A stretch of 64,000 nt of DNA from contig NC_088794.1 in the NCBI RefSeq assembly GCF_011386835.1, positions 115,878,001-115,942,000 of the forward strand, in the 5' to 3' direction. A program made the translations under genes and the position numbers. This stretch comes from Chrysemys picta bellii. Taxonomy: Eukaryota. The notes below the pieces were generated by a model. It had not been told where the DNA came from. It did no database searches and saw only the letters and a program-made list of their open reading frames with translations. This document shows, piece after piece, positions 34,309 to 47,100 of this stretch (the first letter of the stretch is position 1; the number at the start of each line of letters is the position of its first letter).

Positions 34309-36311
34309 AATATTTGGGGGTCTCTGTGGGTGCAAAAGAGGGCAAAGCCAAGTGCCCACTCAGGAGGAGAATGCATGATTCAAGGCGGTAGTACATTTTT
34401 GACCTCTCTCCTGTTCTGTTGTTCCTTCCCATGTTCATTGTTCATTTTGCCCTCAACACATTTGGCTCCTAAAAGTCGCTGAGCTTAATCTTTCGGGTTA
34501 ACCCTTTCATAGGGAGCTCCCCACCATATCCTGGATGCTATCATGTTTGAGGCTCAACCATTGTATTTGGCCTGGTCTCACAAGGTGCGGGTGGCGTAGG
34601 ATTGCTAGGAAAGCACACAGCTGAAGCTCCAAACCCTATTGAAAAGGAATGCTGAGCACAGCATGCTAGAGAGACAGTTCTGGGGAAATTCTGGTACGTG
34701 TCGGTGTTGCCTAAAGTTGCCTATGGAATGTGGGTCTTGGTCTGTTTTTTTGTGGACCGCTGGGCACTGCACAGGATATCACCACAGTTACACTAATATG
34801 AACCCTTGGTAGGAGTCTCAGTCAGGAAGTAATAGGTTGGATAAGCCATGGAGATTTTGCTTCTCTCTGGTCTCATGAGGGCGTTTCTGGTGAGGAGGGT
34901 ACTGTGGGTGGGAAGTTGACACTACTGCCTGTAAAGTAGCTGTTCCATGTCAGTCACACACCCTTTTTAGTAGCAAGAAATTCAGTGTCAATGAAAGCAG
35001 TGGGGAGAAAAGGGAAATGCAGGTGCAGGCTGAGCCAGAAGCGTAGCATTGACAAACAAGGGACACAGGTGAGGAGTGAAGGGTATGTGATGTGGGGAGA
35101 GAGGAAATAGACAGAAGGAGCACTGGAGTGGAGGGGTAGCATTGAGTCCAACCCGTCAGCCTAGCAGCAAGCTCCTGTGTGCGCAGCACTCCTCCTGCTG
35201 TGGGTTTGTGACACATTAACAGGACTTCGTTTTCCAGTAGATTGAAAGCAAAGTCACCGTTGATTTTCTCCAGGAAGATCTATTTGGAAGTGCAATTGCC
35301 TGGAATTACACGGTGGCAGTGTGAGGCCAGACCTCACTGTAAATAACTTTCCTCTTAGCCAAACACACCAAGCTCTGGTGGGTGCTGCTGCTTCTCTATA
35401 GATTACTGGTATTTCAATTGAGGGTGGATTAGTTTTGCTGGTTCTTGCTGAGAACTGTTGCTCATTTTCCAACCTCTCCCTCTCCATGTCAAACCATGGG
35501 ATTGGGATGAACAGGGGACTCCCCAATAAAATGATCCTGGTGCTGTGACACCATCCTTCTGTGAGTAAGTGATGCCAACATGGCAGTGGATGATGCCAGT
35601 TATCCACTCTAGTTTTCAAAGTCCCAAGCAATAGGATTTCTGCTTCTTCCATTGAGAGACTATTTCACAGTCTAATACATAGTCAGGTGACCATATGAAA
35701 GCCTGACCCTTAAAGAAGCTGAGCTCACCCCTTGCAGAGTTCCAAACCTGGTCAGCCTAAGCTCTGGGCTCGATCCTGAACCATATAGCCCACGCAAAAC
35801 AAGCACTGCATGAAAAAGGTGACCTTGTACTTTGTGTTGCTTCCTGTATGGAAAGTCCATAGGTGTTGACTTAGTTGTGGAGGAGACTTACATGCACTGA
35901 TAGCTGCCCTGCAGGACATTGAGCAAATGGTGGCTACTTTAAATGGGATTAATGTGTGAGGAGTAGAATCTCCTAATGCCAGACTAAACCAATTAGCTGA
36001 GCCTTTTGAGGTTTAAATTGTCTTAAGCAGCCCAGGCAAGAGGCTTCATTTTAGAGGCAAGGGCAGAAGACGTTTGAAGAAGAGAATGAGACTGACCGGG
36101 TGCGCCACGCTTCCCCTGATCCAGCACTGACTGGCTTCTCCATTGAGATTCAAATGGAACATGCCCTATACAACAACCCAAGGGCATCTGTAGTCACCGT
36201 AATCATGAGTCAAAGTCAAACTCAGGATGTGTGGGACTGGCAAGACCACTGGCCTCCAAACTGGATCTGCTTGCTCAGCTAGAGGAGAAGATTTTGTAAT
36301 ACACTGGCTTA

Positions 36312-36392
36312 GGGCTTGTGTACACTTACCGGGGGATCGACAAGCGGCGATCAATGCATTGGCGATCGATTTAGTGGGTCTAGTGAAGACCA
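36312..36392. mobile_element. Truncated Harbinger-type MITE (left end only)
   Basis: tta-gggcttgtgtacactt...gatcgatttagtgggtctagtgaagacc, same family as 61815-62096. Confidence 0.65.
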
Positions 36393-36419
36393 TACTTCAT
36401 CAGCAAAGTCTGAGCCTGA

Positions 36420-36848
36420 GGGCTGGTCTACACTATGGGTAGGGTGACCAGATGTCCCGATTTTATAGGGACAGTCCTGGTTTTGGGGTCTTTTTCTTAT
36501 ATAGGCTCCTATTACCCCTCCACCCCGTCCCGATTTTTCACACTTGCTGTCTGGTCACTCTAACTACGGGGGCGGGGTGGGATCGATCTAAGTTACGCAA
36601 TTTTAGCTTCGTGAATAACATAGCTGAAGGCGACATACTTAGATCTACTTATCGTGGTGTCTTCACTGCGGTGTGTTGATGGGAGACGCTCTCCCGTTGA
36701 TTTCCCTTGTGCTTTTCGTATAGGAGTCGACGCTAGAGCGATCGGCGGTTGATTTATCGTGTCTATACTAGACACGATAAATCGACACCCCTCCTCCCCG
36801 CTGGATTGATCGCTGCCCGTCGATCTAGCCAGTAGTGTAGACAAGCCC
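36420..36848. mobile_element. PIF/Harbinger-type MITE carrying a nested hAT
   Basis: TIRs gggctggtctacact / agtgtagacaagccc; 3-bp TSD tga (36417-36419, 36849-36851). Confidence 0.88.
36440..36562. mobile_element. 123-bp hAT-Tip100-type MITE (MER91/MER96-like)
   Basis: TIRs tagggtgaccaga / tctggtcactcta; TSD actatggg (36432-36439) / actacggg (36563-36570). Confidence 0.9.
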
Positions 36849-37224
36849 TGAGACTTTCAGCACCTAAGGCACAAACCACCCCTTGAGATAGAGTAGCAGC
36901 TTCTTTAAGTATGATGTATAAATAGTAGGCTGTTAGTCACTGGATCCAGCCACTAAGAGTCACGACCACATGCCCCAAACCAGGATGTTACACTCCTACA
37001 TGAGGGGTAGGAACTGGCAAGGGAAACTGAAAGACCACAGTCTAAATCCCTTTGCAGACTTGGTCTTGCTAGCAGTGTTAATTTTTCGTACAAGCATAGG
37101 CTGCAAAGCATTCTGGGTAACTGTATGTAGCTGCTTTTAGGGCCGGCGTAGAATTGGTGGGTTCCCAGAACACAGGGACATGTTGATCCCTTTAGGAAAT
37201 CTTAAAGAATCCACTGCGTGGAGG

Positions 37225-37700
37225 GAAAGAAATTACAGATGGAAAAGATCCTTTTGGCCCATGCTAGTCCATCTCTATCCCCGGACTGTTTCCTACGGTG
37301 CTTTCTCTAGTGTTTTGTACAGTTCTTTGGGGAGAATATTCCACAGAATAATTGATCTTAGTTTTGTCCTATTTTTCCTATTACAGTTATCCCCTACTCC
37401 TTTTCATCCATGAGGTTTCCTCTCTCCAGACACTTGTAATGTCCATCATGCTCCTCCGACTTTGCCTTTGCTTCACCCAGCTAATTAGTACAATCCAATG
37501 TTTCCTCATTAGCTTGTACCTCTGGCTCCCTGATCATTTTGGTTACCTTTCTCTGAACTCTGTAATGATATGGTGCCCCAAACTGAGCACAACACTCAGG
37601 TAGAGCCATACTGAGAGGAACAATCCCCCTCCCTGCCCTTTGTATGCAGCTCAGGGCTGGCTTTTTCTTGCTGGAATATTGCATTGCAAGCTCATATGTA
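37225..37700 (-). mobile_element. Old CR1 3' fragment
   Basis: ORF 37481-37684 reads GIVPLSMALPECCAQFGAPYHYRVQRKVTKMIREPE, a degenerate CR1 ORF2 motif. Confidence 0.75.
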
Positions 37701-40700
37701 CTTTGCTCTCCACCCTCACCTCTAGGTCTCTATATAAACAGTCACAGTTAACTGTGAATGATATCATTTGCTGAGAAGCAAACAGGCACACCATGAAATT
37801 GACTTGAGTTGTAAGTGTCTCCAGCTCTCCTGTGTGCTGAGTCATTTGCAAACTCTGGTGCTGGCTGTTAACACAGAAATGCAGACATTGTTGAATAAAT
37901 GGCATTGGAGCCATGCTATACAGGCACTGCCAGCCTGGCAAATGGCTGAGAGAGAGCACTGGCCACTGAGGGGAGGAAGGAGAGTTCCAACTAATGTTGG
38001 CTCCTGGCTTGTTTGCAGTACAAATGCAGTCAGGGCCCTGGGTTGGTGAGACTCAATTTCATCATGAAGGTGAGTCACCCAGTCTCAGAGGATAACAATG
38101 GGAAAGGAGGGAGTCACAGTGCAGCCAGAGGGGAGGCAGCCAGGTTTCCAGTCCATTAATGAAGCACAAGCCGTGCGTACAAATCCACGCCACCTGTGCT
38201 TTGCTTGCGTTTTCCTTTCCCCGCTGACCAGCCTGTTCTTCATCTGATGTTGCCATAACAGAGCTCCAAGAGCCCCTAAGGACTAAGGCTGTAGGAGAGG
38301 AATGAACCATGGGAAGAATTCCATTTCTCATCTCTGGTTCCACGGTGAGGCTGATGCCATGGGCCATGGAGGTTTTGTTCCTTTGGGAGTCCCTCACTAA
38401 TGGGCCTAGCGAGATCGAGCGGTGACACAGTCCACTACCTGCACAAGGCAGGGGTTGAGTTTGAAACTCCAGCCTTTTGTGTTACACACAGGCCAGCAGG
38501 GGATGGGAGCATTGTGTGGTGGGAGAGACTCCTTTCTTGAGCTAGATTCTCAGACTATGCCTGGTGAACTGTGGGCCAGTTCATCCCCCCACTGGAGCAA
38601 AGCTTTGCAAAGGGATCAAGGTGGAGACACTCAAGTGGCTCTGCATCTCCCTTGCTATAGGGCTTGCTGGGTCTGCTTGGGCTGTGGCACATGTTAGAGC
38701 AGCTTGAAGACCATCCAACTTGCCATCTCAGCTGTAAGTCCCCTGCAAACAGCCAGGGATAGCTGGGATTTAAGAACACTCTGGCCATGTCCCCTTCCTA
38801 CCCTGATTCCCTGCAATGAGCACTCCCGTAGGAAATGGTATAAAACCAGCTGCAGCCTACTATTGCCTCCCCATTATGTCAGGAGAATTCCCTGATTTTG
38901 CGATTACAGTGACTTTGCATCCCCTTTACACCAGTAGAATCAGTGTAATGGGACCACAGCACACCGATGAATTCAGCCCTACATGGTTTTGTCTGAATAG
39001 CTCTATTGTTGGGAGTTCCACATCAGCATGTTCAGATCCCAAATTTCATAACTATGTAATGTGGGGTGTTTTGTTTTCTTTTGTTTTTTTGACTAATATC
39101 TTACCTAGGTTTTCCCTGCTTTAGTTCCAGGCTATTTCTGCTTGTTCTGTCCTCCCTGACAAAATGGGAATATTTTATTCCTGTAGCCTTTCTAACAGCC
39201 TGCTCTGTATTTTTAGACAGTAATCTTATCTCCCCATACTGAACATGCCTTGTCCTCTTAAAGGGATGCAGTGAAGTGAGATTAGGCCTAAATGTTAGGT
39301 TATTTGTTTGGATGTAGGTAGGAGGGATATGTAGAAGAAGAGTTAGCTATCTTAGGGTTTTGTACTTGTGCCTATCACCATAGTATCTGAGCACCTTCAA
39401 GGTTAATTAGTTTGGCATAATGAGATCCCTAATGGTTGCCATAGAGTCTTTGGCTCTCCTCCCTTTTCCAGTTATGAGAAACCTCACATTAATAGAAAAT
39501 GTTCCATGAAAGCTTTTAAAAGAAAATTAAATGAAAAGTTCTGTAAAGTTGATCTTCTCTCCTGCTGTATTTTATATCCTAAGCCAACCACAATCCCAAC
39601 ACTGGGCATAACAGGTGGACACCGGGATCTAAGATTTCTGGGTGGTCTGTTACAGGCTTTGCCACTGACTAACTGTGTGGCCTTGGGCAAGTCATTTAGG
39701 CCAAAATTTTGTGTGCCCAACTTGAGATAGCTTGGGCCTAGTTTTCACAAGTGGTGAACATCAATGGATCACATTGACTTAACTAGAATGGGTGCCAAAC
39801 ATTTCTGAAAATTAGTGTGTGAAATGGGGGCACCTAAAGTCACAGGGCACTTTGAAAATGTTGCTCATAACCTCTCTGTGCCTCACGTTCCCAATTTGCA
39901 CAATGGGAAAGGTGTGAGGCTAAATTCGTTAATGTTCTGATAGGCATTTTCAGTTCTAGGATTGGTGCCTAAAGCCTTCAGTTATGGGTGCAGCGTAGTT
40001 ACACAGCATTGTGCCTCCAGATCAGAAAGGGAAGCTGCTCCATCTAGTTTCACTGACCCAAACTGCGTGACGGCTGCTAAGTAAAACGCACAGCATGAGT
40101 TGTGAAAATCAGATTTTAAATCTCATTCCTCCTAATCTGCCATGTTATTAATAACACAAGCTGTTTTTATTTTTTAATATCTGATTTCTATCTTGACTGT
40201 GACCCTTTAACCTTTCCTAGTAGATTTTATTTTCCAAACCTTTGTTGGATTCTGTAGCCCTCCTGCTGATGGGTTTATTTTTATTCTCTCTCTCAATAAA
40301 TGAAAAACACTATTTCTTTAGAAGCAATTCGCTGGTCAAGGTTTTCATGTTAACCCAGCGCTCTTAATCCTAACAAACAGGATTCTCCTCTTAATCCCTA
40401 ATACCCGAGTACGTTAGCTATTAATCTTGAGATGCTTTTCCCCCTCCCCTACTGAGATTAAGATGAAACAGGTTACTGGCCCCTTTTCTCTTGTGCTCCC
40501 ACAAGATTTCCGAGACTCGCATACCCAAATTCCACATGTTGGCTTGTCAGTTCTAGGCCTTTCCCAATTAGATGATTGGTCACCCTCTTTGCTTGGCTGG
40601 TTTGCTGGACACCTGCACAGCAGAAGAAGCTAAGAGGAACCTATTGCTTGGTGGATCCTGCTGGAGTGGAACAGAAATGTGTAAATGCCGATTTCTTATG

Positions 40701-41262
40701 CTGTTGTAAAGGGAGAGAATCTGAATCTGGGCTTTTAAGGGAGAAATTATTGTAAAAATAAATTATTTAAACCTCAACAAGTAACGATAGTATTAAACTG
40801 ATATTGTTCCCTCCCTCCTTATTTAAAATAACTCTCCTCCCCTGCTCTGAATATTTTGGGAACTTTCCTCACCACAAATTTGTTCGCTTCCACAGTGCTT
40901 GTTTTTTGTAGGGTTGCTCACAATTGAATATTTTGTTTGACCTGAAAATAATAATTTTTGACATTGGCAAATTTGTTTTGGATTGACCCCAAATGATTTA
41001 AAAACATTTTTTGGAGCTGCTGGTGAACTGAAAACTCAGCTCTATGAGTTGGAAACTTGCTCTATGAGCATCAAGCTGTGCACACTGGTTTGTTATCTTT
41101 GTTGTAGGGTTTGTTATGTGCTGAGCTCCACACCCTGTATTGCAGTGTTTTTTGCGAGTGTTGGGGCACATCACTGTTATGTTATTCTAGGGGTGCTTCT
41201 GAGTACTGGGCTACACACAATGCCTTGTTATTGAAGGGTTGCCTTGCCAGATTCTGATTGTT

Positions 41263-41510
41263 GGAATCATAGAAGTGGAAATGCCTTATTAGACTAATCC
41301 CATTCCTGGTCTCTGCTCCCAGCCAGTGAATGATTGTTCCCTACAGTGTATTCTCAAGGCCTCTGTCCTACACAGCTTTAAGTCTCTCAGGTGATGGGTC
41401 TTCCAGTACTTCCCTCAGGGAGACTGTTCCACAGTTGAGTAGATGTCACCATTAGCAGATGTTTTCTAATTTCCAGCTTGACGTTTTTTTCTGTACTCAG
41501 TTCCATCTGG
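41263..41510 (-). mobile_element. Old CR1 3' fragment
   Basis: aatcatagaag...ttattagactaatccc...cttccctcagggagactgttccacag. Confidence 0.55.
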
Positions 41511-42129
41511 TGAATTCTGGCTATGCCCCTTTGAACCACCCTAAACCATTCAGTATGTGAGCTGCTGCCCTGGAAGCCTCTGGTTCCAAAATCTCATGCA
41601 CTCCTCTGACTTGCTGGTTTATATAAATGGCTAACAGATATTTATTTCTTCTCCTCAGAAGGCTTTGATGGGGGATTTTTTCAGCAGCTTGTTACATAAA
41701 GAGAAGGGGGGAAATTCCCATTTCGCCTTGGCGATAGAGAATAGCGAAGGAGAACATGAGTGAAGCAGAAAGGGGCCATCAGAAGGCTGGAATGCTCTAG
41801 GTGTAACTGGGTTTTTTTTTTGTCCCAGCACCTCTCTCACCCGTAGCAGGGAAGCAGTGGGGCAAGTGCTAGAAATTAGGAAAGATCAGGTGTTTTCATC
41901 ATAGAGACAGAGTGAGGCTTGTAACGGGGGAAAGGGTTATATGCTCACTATCCTTCTGCTGTCTGGGCATGGATTGGAGGCACTGCCTGACATGAGTTTG
42001 ATGGTCTCAGCAGTTCCCTCAGATATAGTAGCCTACTGCTCTGGTGGCCCCTGATGGATACAGTAGTTTTACTACATGTTCCAAATCAGGAATTCAGGAC
42101 TTTAATAATATCTTTTGCTTCTACAATAT

Positions 42130-42480
42130 ATTTCATTCCAAGGGGCTTTAGGAACCATTTATACAAGACTCATCCTTTCACCTCTGAAAGGCAGCCATCT
42201 CTGAAATGAAGTGTGCATGTTTTCTACAACAGTGTAGAGCAAGAAGTAGCCTTTGATCACCACAAATGATCAGGGATCTTGGTTTTATGTTTAACTTGAA
42301 AGACAACATCCACCTCCTGCAGCACAATGCCCTCTGGCACCACATGGTGGCTTGTGTGTTACAGTTTCAGAGAGGAGAGGGCCCCCTACTGTGTCACCCA
42401 CATCTCTGTCTGCCACATCCTGGATTTTCTTTGGAGGTCTCCCATCTTGTTATTGATTAGCCCTGACTCTTCCTAGTAAG
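42130..42480 (-). mobile_element. AmnSINE1-like SINE with 5S-rRNA-derived head
   Basis: Minus strand 42420-42475 reads ...gtcagggctaatcaataacaagatgggagacctccaaagaa (5S box C-like ggatgggagacc); Deu-domain-like accacaaatgatcagg...ggttttatgt...gaaagac...cagcacaatgccc at 42260-42335. Confidence 0.65.
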
Positions 42481-43634
42481 TGACCCATGTCAATTTCAGC
42501 TCACTAGAAGTATGGTGGAAGGGAAATTGCCATAGTTTTAAGAGTTAATTTTCATTTCTCTTTATGGGTACTGACTGGCACCTTTTTTGCCTTCAGCAAG
42601 CTGCTCTTATGTTCCCTGGGTCCTCTTGCTGAGGTTGAAGGGACAACTTTCTGCCCCCCCCCCCTCCATTTTCACTGCTCCTGCTTTTCCCCTCTGTGCA
42701 TTACTGAGTCTTGTCCTGGTACTGGAAGTCTTTCTGTAAAGCGTTTTGCTTATTGCTAGGTTCTTGAACATGGGCACAGTTTGCTTCCTGGCATGAGAAA
42801 GATACACACCGATATAAAGGTTTTGGTGTGGACATCAGATAAGAACCAGAAGGACATGCAATAATCACCTATGTGAGCTGCTTGGCTCTCCCTTGTCTGG
42901 GCAGTTCGGCACTGGGCAGATTCCAGGGGAACTTCCCCAGCCATTTGATTCTCCTCAGATACAGAAATGTGCTACCCAGCGCTCTGTAGAGTATTAAGGT
43001 GCATGTGACCGAGTGCAGGGCTACTGCCTAGTGAACAACTCAACTTGTCTCTCCACTTGCACCAGTGCTGTGTGAAAGGACTATAAATTGTCTTCTTAGG
43101 CAGCATGGGAAAAAGTGCTTTGGAGAAAGTTAGGCTCCATCCCTCCAGGCATAGGACTGGGCTGAACCCCCAGGACTGGGTAGTTTCCTTTTCTCCTTGT
43201 TATCTCATTCCGCTTTGCGGTTACAAATGTCATCTCTAGAGGAAACCACATTGCTGATTGTAGTTAAATTATTTTCTGTGGAGTCATTCCATGACTGTAC
43301 AGTGCTTCCATCCATCCCAGTCTATCTGATAAAGCTCCTGATCATGGAGGGAAATACCAGAGATCTGACTCCTAACAGGAGCTCCATTCCTTTTTACTGA
43401 TCTCACAGCAGGAGCACACTAACGATGGCATCTGTTCCTCCCTGTCCCCTTTCAGTAGATATGCTAGTTTATTTTTTTTATTTAAAAAGTGATAGTCATA
43501 AAAGACTTGAAATTATAAGTTCCCCCTTAGTTTTATCTTCATCTTCTCATAAGTGAATCTGTGGTAAAATGAATAAATAAGGAGATTGTAATTAATCTCC
43601 CCTTGTTCTCACTCCCTGGACGTCAACAATCCTC

Positions 43635-44393
43635 CGTGATAGAGTGTACCTGGCTTTCATGATCCCCTGCTGAAGGCCCTGTGGTCATACTGTACCCCAC
43701 CCCAGGAGAGGAGCAGTGAAGGTAGGTTCTCCAGGTCTGCCTAGAGAGGCTGCAGGGAAGCAACCAGTCAGAGCCCAGCAGACTCAGATAAAAGGAACTG
43801 CCAGACCTTAGCAGGCTAGTTCCTGGATGGGACCAGAGGGTGAGGCTGGGTGCTCCTCTCTGGCCAAAGGAGCCTGGGGGATAACCAGAGTTTGGTTCTG
43901 GCTGCATTTGCTTAAGCTGGGAAAGAAAGGACCTGAGAACTTTGACCCTGGGGTAAGTTAAAGGGGTCAGGTGGAAAGAGGCCCAGGAAAGTAGCAGCAA
44001 TGAATTGAAGTGAGTGGTACATGTCTGCTATTTGTAGGGTCCCTGGCCTGGAACCTGGAGTAGAGGGCAGGCCCAGGTTCCCCCACCGGAAAAGTGGTAT
44101 AAACCCTAAAAAGGGGATAAGACTCCCTTGGAAGCCTGAGCAAAGGACTGAATTTAAAAGGCCCAGAGCAGGACCCAAGACCCTAGTGAGGGCAAAGGGA
44201 CAGTTCATTTATTAGACTCTTTACTACCCCGGAAGAGGTTCATTTGGACTTTATGACTTGGCCAGAGGGCTGAGCCACTGAAGACCTGCCAAGCACGGTC
44301 AACAACATATAGGGGGCACCAGGAGTGGGAAAAGGCCTGCAGTACCGCACACAGGAGCAGGTGCTGTTCAAAAGATGTGTGCCTTCTGTTATA
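43635..44393 (+). mobile_element. Solo LTR (Gypsy-type)
   Basis: Ends (c)gtgatagagtgtacc / ctgttata (decayed TG...CA); flanks tcctc / ccctc; TATA-like gataaaagg at 43787. Confidence 0.65.
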
Positions 44394-44949
44394 CCCTCCT
44401 AATGAAAATGACCTTGTAATTAAAATGCATCGCTTGGAGGTTTAATCTTCCTTACAGGACAGGCTCCTATCTGATGTGTGTCTCAGGAGTGCAGTGGGGA
44501 ATGGGCTGGTGAACAGAGACTGACAACCCATTTCAGCTGTGGAGAGGAACCAAGGATGTTGAGGGAGATGGGAGAAATCAGTATGAATAAAATCAGAACC
44601 AACCTTCACCTTCACCTCAAAGTTAAACTGACCCTGAACCTTACTAGGGGTTGGAAATTTTGGGGGGTTCTTTTGCTTATTTTTTTAAAACAAAATTTTC
44701 TTCATTTTTGTTCTAGGATCTTGGTTTTGAATTTTGTGTCTGGATCTAGGTTTGATCAGAGTTTTCAGTGTGAATCTCTCTGTATGAAATCTGACCACTT
44801 TGGGGTTGGGTCTGACGTCCAGGAGGACTCAGATTTACGGTTTACAATTCAGTTCATTAGGAGGTTAAAAAAAGTTCCTGGAGTTTGGCTCAAGGGTTTT
44901 ATTGCAGGCCCGTTTCTGCTTTTGAGTCTGCAAAATGGGGCTGGAGCTC

Positions 44950-45465
44950 TCAAAGATTCCAAGGCCAGAAGGGACCATTGTGATAATCTAGTCTGAACTC
45001 CTGGATAACACGGGCCATAGAACTTCCCCAAAGTAATTCCTAGAGCAGCTCTTTTAGAACAACATCCAGTTGTCAGTGATGGAGCCCCTGGGTAAATTGT
45101 TCCAATGGGTAATTACTCTCGCCGTTAAAAGTTTACACCTTGTTTCCAAACTGAATTTGTTTAGCTTCAATTTCCAGTCATTGGTGTGTGTTACACATTT
45201 CCCTGCTAGATTGACAGGAGTTTGTCTAACCTGTTCTTAAAAACCTGCAATGGCGGGAATTCCACAGTTTATCTTGGAAGCCTATTCTGGTGCTTAACTA
45301 CCCGTATTGTTAGAAAGTTTTTCCTAATATCTAACCTAAATCTCCTTTACTGCAGTTTAAGCTGATTACTTTGTGTCCTACTTTCAGTGGACACAGAGAG
45401 CAACCGATCACCATTCTTTGTAATAGCCCTTCACATGTTTGAAGACTGTCATCAGATAAATAATT
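44950..45465 (-). mobile_element. Two joined CR1 3' fragments of different subfamilies
   Basis: ccaaggccagaagggaccattgtgataatctagtc type to about 45205, then gtttgtctaacctgttcttaaaaacc type. Confidence 0.75.
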
Positions 45466-45806
45466 CCAGCTGTTAGTAATACAGGTGAGAATCATTTTTT
45501 TTCAACACAGCAGGGCTGATTCTGACCTCCTGTCATATGTCCTATTCTGGTAGTATATAGGGGCTGTAAAGGCACCACAACCATCTCTCCCCCACCCCCC
45601 TTACAGCTTCCAGTGTTGAGGACATGCCAGGGGCAGGAGGGGCCATGCCAGAGGTGGAAGGGGAGTGTATCATAGCACTGCCAGTTGGGAAGATTCTGAG
45701 TTGCACCAGGCTGTGGCACAGACCTTAAGCAGCTCAGGTACGGTTGTAAATTAGAGGAACCCCCAGGGCTTTGGCTCAGAGACCAGGCTGTGCAAAAGTG
45801 GCTTAC

Positions 45807-45851
45807 CTTTGCTCCTTCTCCCACTGCTCTGTGCTTTCTGTGCTGTAGCTC
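45807..45851 (-). other. Candidate 45-nt internal exon
   Basis: Acceptor ttctgtgctgtgcctcacAG, donor aag/GTAAGC; open in all three frames. Confidence 0.25.
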
Positions 45852-46004
45852 CTGTGAGGCACAGCACAGAATCTGTTCTACTGCGCACACATGATTCAGT
45901 GTCCCTTTAAAACCCTTCTGAGTATTCTCCCCCTGGATTCTCATCCGCCATAGGAGTCTTAGTCCAGGGACAGACAAGAGGGGAGAGCAACTGAAATGGC
46001 CAAG

Positions 46005-46137
46005 TATCAGAGGGGTAGCCGTGTTAGTCTGAATCTGTAAAAAGCAACAGAGGGTCCTGTGGCACCTTTAAGACTAACAGAAGTATTGGGAGCATAAGCT
46101 TTTGTTAGTCTTAAAGGTGCCACAGGACCCCCTGTTG
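46005..46137 (-). mobile_element. Penelope-like element end with 40-bp inverted segment and 14-bp TSD
   Basis: tatcagaggggtagccgtgttagtct...; arms 46044-46083 / 46099-46138; direct repeat ctgaaatggccaag at 45991-46004 and 46138-46151. Confidence 0.85.
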
Positions 46138-46234
46138 CTGAAATGGCCAAGATCATTTAAAAAATCATAAAGAATGAGAGGCTGAGAGAGAGATGCAGAA
46201 AATATCAATGCTAGGAGAAGACTGGTCTCAAACA

Positions 46235-46445
46235 ATCATAGAAATGTAGAACTGGAAGGGACCTCGCTAGGTCATGTAGTCCAGTCCCCTGCACTGAAGC
46301 AGGGCTAAGTATTATCTATCCCATCCCTGACAACAGTTTGTCTAACCCATTCTTAAAATCCTCCAATGACAGAGATTCCACAACATCCCTAGGTAATTTG
46401 TTCTAGTGCTTAACTACCCTTACAGTTAGGAAGTTTTCCAATGAT
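46235..46445 (-). mobile_element. CR1 3' fragment
   Basis: aatcatagaaatgtagaactggaagggacctc...gttaggaagttttcc, same subfamily as 6819-8272. Confidence 0.85.
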
Positions 46446-46599
46446 TTATAGGCCTCAGTGAGGGGGCTGCTTCCACACACAAAGGGTCGATACCTTTGGT
46501 GTAGCTAGGGGAAAATGGGGATGAAACCAGAATCACTCATTGCTGTACAGAAGCAAGGGGTCTCTATGAATTGTTTAGAAATTCTGAAATGAGCTGGGC

Positions 46600-47100
46600 A
46601 TGATAATAATAAACAACCTTAACTATGGTGTGGCAAGGGGTACCCCATAATACCTTATGCAGTACCTTCCACCCTAGAACCTCATAGTGCTTTACAAACA
46701 TAAATGAATGACATCTTCCAACAAGGAAGTGTTACTGTTCCCATTTTACAGGCGGAGAAAGTGAGGAGCAAGATTAAAGAGCACTTCTGTGGGAGAGCCA
46801 GGAATAGAACTTGGGTCTCAGGTGCCTTGTCTGGTGCCCTAAATAGAACAGGGGATCATTCTTTCTTTACATAGTTAGTAATTGCTGCTTCCATCATCAA
46901 AGTACTTTACAAATATGAACTAAACAATTCTCATGACCCCAGAGGAGGGTCATTATCATTATCGCTATTTTACAGATATGGAAACTGAGGCACAAAAGGG
47001 TGACACGACTTTCCAAAGGCCACAGAAGGTGTGTTGGTGTAGTAAACAGGATTAACCTCCGAAGTTCCTGGCTCCCGGGCTATGCTCAGACTTCTAGACT
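46600..47100 (-). mobile_element. Two MIR-like SINE fragments
   Basis: cccattttacaggcggagaaagtgagg and ttttacagatatggaaactgaggcacaaaagggtgacacgactttccaaagg. Confidence 0.65.

Noticed and set aside
42420-42480. 5S rRNA-like sequence
   Set aside because: Short, degenerate and attached to a Deu-domain SINE body; not a 5S gene
44478-45977. ORFs of 172 aa (+) and 161 aa (-)
   Set aside because: No recognisable motifs; overlap T-rich DNA and decayed repeat fragments
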